A stretch of DNA of 36,810 nt from positions 310,001 to 346,810 of the forward strand of contig NW_026515698.1 in the NCBI RefSeq assembly GCF_025526975.1, read 5' to 3'. The notes under the pieces are model-generated. The model ran no database searches. It saw only the letters and a program-made list of their open reading frames with translations, and was not told the DNA's origin. This DNA is from Fimicolochytrium jonesii (Eukaryota). Position 1 is the first letter of the stretch. The number at the start of each line of letters is the position of its first letter. Shown here piece after piece: positions 34,410 through 36,810 of this stretch. The translations under genes were made by a program, and so were the position numbers.

Positions 34410-35570
34410 ACTAAGCGACGAAACGAATCTGAAGGGGAGGGGAAGCGGACAAAGCGGGCAACAGCGGTACACGGATTCAGTCGTTTTAATACACTTCTGA
34501 AGCAAGATGCAGTCGGAATCATCTCACGCTTCAACCTCAACGTCGAATCCGCGGAGGAATATGCCACAACAATTGCGCACCCCGACACAAGCCGTATCAG
34601 GTGGATAAACGCATGACGAAAACATCTATATGACCAGCTCAGAGCGGGAGAGAAGGAGGCGATCGAAGGGATTCCGTTGTCCCCAACTCCAACTCCAACA
34701 CCAGCCCATGCCCTTGACATGTTACTGAGCGCCGCGAAACATCTCCTCACTTACGCCGATTCCAGTATCGAATTCGGATTGTTTACCTTTGATCACACTA
34801 CAGAGTGCGCAACAGCAACAGGGACATCTCCGATGCTGTGTGCGACGCTTAGTGACGGGTCAGCTAAAGCTGATAATGTTTGTCAGCGAATCAAGACCCA
34901 TTTTCGCACACTTGCACGTAAGTTACATGCCGTTGTCCTCATGCTCCGTGTGTCTGTCCTCGGCCACTAATCAGGGATATTATAGAAACCGCTTCATGCC
35001 CCCCCAAACGCCGCATGTACTTTACCTCCAGGGAGGATGTCGTCGCGTTTGTCAAAGAGTGCTACAATCAGCATTCGTGAAGGAGTGTCACCAAACACAT
35101 TTTTGCGAGATATTTGGCCTTCCATGAGAGGTACCCATATGCGAGCGGGTGTCCGCCATATCATCCATACTTTGGCGCGCTGGCCAAAGCAAAAATGGAT
35201 CAAGGTCAGCGAGACGTGTGGGGAATGTATGCCCCCTACCTGGAATTCAAGTGGCGCAAAAAGGGGCAGAAGCTGTCTCTAGGTAAGGCGACCGGACCGT
35301 GTTCCCGCATGCATTGACACAGCACACTCACCTATGTATCATAGACGACATTTTGCTCCGGTTCTCCCAAATGACCCTCTCGCTATGCGGCCCAGGGCGC
35401 GGATCCACCAGTTTCTTGACAAGGCTGCATGGGCACAGAGCCTGGAAGGAGATCACGATCACCAGCCCACACCAACACCTGGCCCAACCCACACTACCAC
35501 ACCCCGCGCCATCTCAAACCCCGACATTGGTTTTGCTTTGGCAGAGGTTGACGACGGGCGGCGGCGGTGG
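34410..35570 (+). pseudogene. Spliced pseudogene, possibly with a degenerate HMG-box-like region
   Basis: A long frame (TKRATAVHGFSRF...RKHLYDQLRAGEKEAIE...) is interrupted by single TGA codons at 34614 and 35078. GTAAG donors occur near 34918 and 35283 with downstream acceptors. HMG similarity is weak and the boundaries are uncertain. Confidence 0.45.
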
Positions 35571-35684
35571 TTGAAATCGTGGCAGGCAGCGGCGGCGTGG
35601 CAGCGGCGGCGGTGGAGTTGAGGGAGTTGACGAGGACCAGGCGCGACAGATGATGAACACTGATGCTTGTCTCTGGATATATAG

Positions 35685-36810
35685 GTGGTGCGCGTTGTTA
35701 CAAGCCTGTTAATCTCGACGACTGAGGCGGAAGCGAAGTAGAGAGACACAGGCAAGAGCGATGGGCGACAAGAGATTGTATTGGCGAAACAAGGGACAAG
35801 GACTAGAACAAGAGATGAGAAGAACTGGTGTTGATCTGCTGGGGAGGAAGGGAATGGACGAAGAGAGGCCGGCTATTTATAGATAGGCAACCCAGCAGGC
35901 CAGAGATCAACAACAACAAGAGGGGACTGGGGGGGGGCGCCAGCTATGCTCCTAGAGCGTGCGTGGCGAGCGTAGAGAGCATTGCTACAGCTGCTGGCTA
36001 TGGAGAAGTAGTGGGGGATGTGGAGAAGTAGTGGGGGATGTGGAGAAGCCGAGAGGGGATTGGCGAAATGAGAGGAGAGAGGAGGAGGGGCAATATTGCG
36101 GGAGGATTGGCGAAATGAGAGGAGAGAGGGGGAGTGGCATTGCCATTGACATTGACACTGACATTGACACTGACATTGACATTGACATTGGCGGTTGACA
36201 TTGGCGGCTGTCAGTAGGTAAGCTTATGGTATGGGCGCGTCGTCCATAACAAAGCCAGGTCATCACGGCACCCAACCATTTATCCGCCACTGCTAGCCGT
36301 TGGATCCACTTGGCTCCAAAGTGTCAAAATGGCACGGAGATCCAATGTCCCTATTTGGGTTGTTCCGGTAAGAAAAGTTACTTAACCGTACCGTACTTAA
36401 CTAAACTAACCTTCCTTTTTTTGTTTGATGTTAAGCGGTCTGTCAACATCGCAGAGTACAACATACTGCTATCCCCAACAAACCCAGACAATCTGCATTG
36501 GGTCCTGTTTGCGATACTCGTCGCGGTGCCGGCGCCCAAGTCCGCAAAACCCCTGGGCCCCCCTGGTGCGCCATTAACCAGACACGAAAACCTATCCATA
36601 GTTTTATTTGACTCCAAGGCTTGCCCAGGCGACAAGTACCACATTGATATGGCCAATATCGGCTCCATCTTGTGGGATTGGTACACCAGGGCCACTGAAG
36701 CCCCCCTCAACGACGCACCGACACCGACGGTTGACGCCCTCTTCACGCCTCGACAGACCAATGACCAGAACTGCGGTACATTTGTGTGCATGATGGCCGA
36801 TGCCATTGCC
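35685..36810 (+). pseudogene. Ulp1-like (peptidase C48) SUMO-protease gene, interrupted by a solo LTR and running off the window
   Basis: Not in the supplied ORF track. The plus frame from 36436 reads RSVNIAEYNILLSPTNPDNLHWVLFAI...IVLFDSK...PRQTNDQNCGTFVCMMA, giving the His-Asp-Gln-Cys catalytic set. Intron 36368-36435. The preceding exon WCALLQA|RSSRHP is split by the LTR. Confidence 0.8.
35707..36251 (-). mobile_element. Solo LTR of the same chromovirus family with 5-bp TSD AAGCC
   Basis: Reverse-complement match to 25323-25873. AAGCC occurs at 35702-35706 and 36252-36256. Confidence 0.95.

Noticed and set aside
36378..36806. 142-aa minus-strand ORF
   Set aside because: It is the antisense shadow of the plus-strand Ulp1 exon, which carries the catalytic motifs.

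Overview
Eukaryotic genomic DNA, most likely from an early-diverging (chytrid-like) fungus. Evidence: short GT-AG introns of about 55-150 nt with CTRAC-type branch points, a eukaryotic tRNA, and an F-BAR-HR1-SH3 gene. Bases 1-12.2 kb are ordinary housekeeping genes: VPS45, an Fpk1/NRC-2 AGC kinase, an orphan 7-TM protein and a CIP4/FBP17-like gene. From about 12.3 kb onward the window is mostly accessory or mobile DNA around a tRNA-His and an F-box/WD40 gene. It holds four notable blocks. (1) An intronless ORF of at least 1052 aa whose motifs, read by eye, suggest a GIY-YIG nuclease fused to a uracil-DNA-glycosylase-fold domain. (2) A CryptonF tyrosine-recombinase gene in which three consecutive introns each carry a 71-bp nested palindrome, with two copies in direct and one in inverted orientation. 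(3) A chromodomain Ty3/Gypsy element with an apparent Tf1-type self-priming site and no target-site duplication, plus a solo LTR. (4) An intact TET/JBP-like 2OG-Fe(II) dioxygenase gene next to a 24-bp CpG-containing tandem array, an HMG-like pseudogene and a Ulp1-protease gene, resembling KDZ-transposon cargo. All domain calls come from motif reading; no database searches were run.
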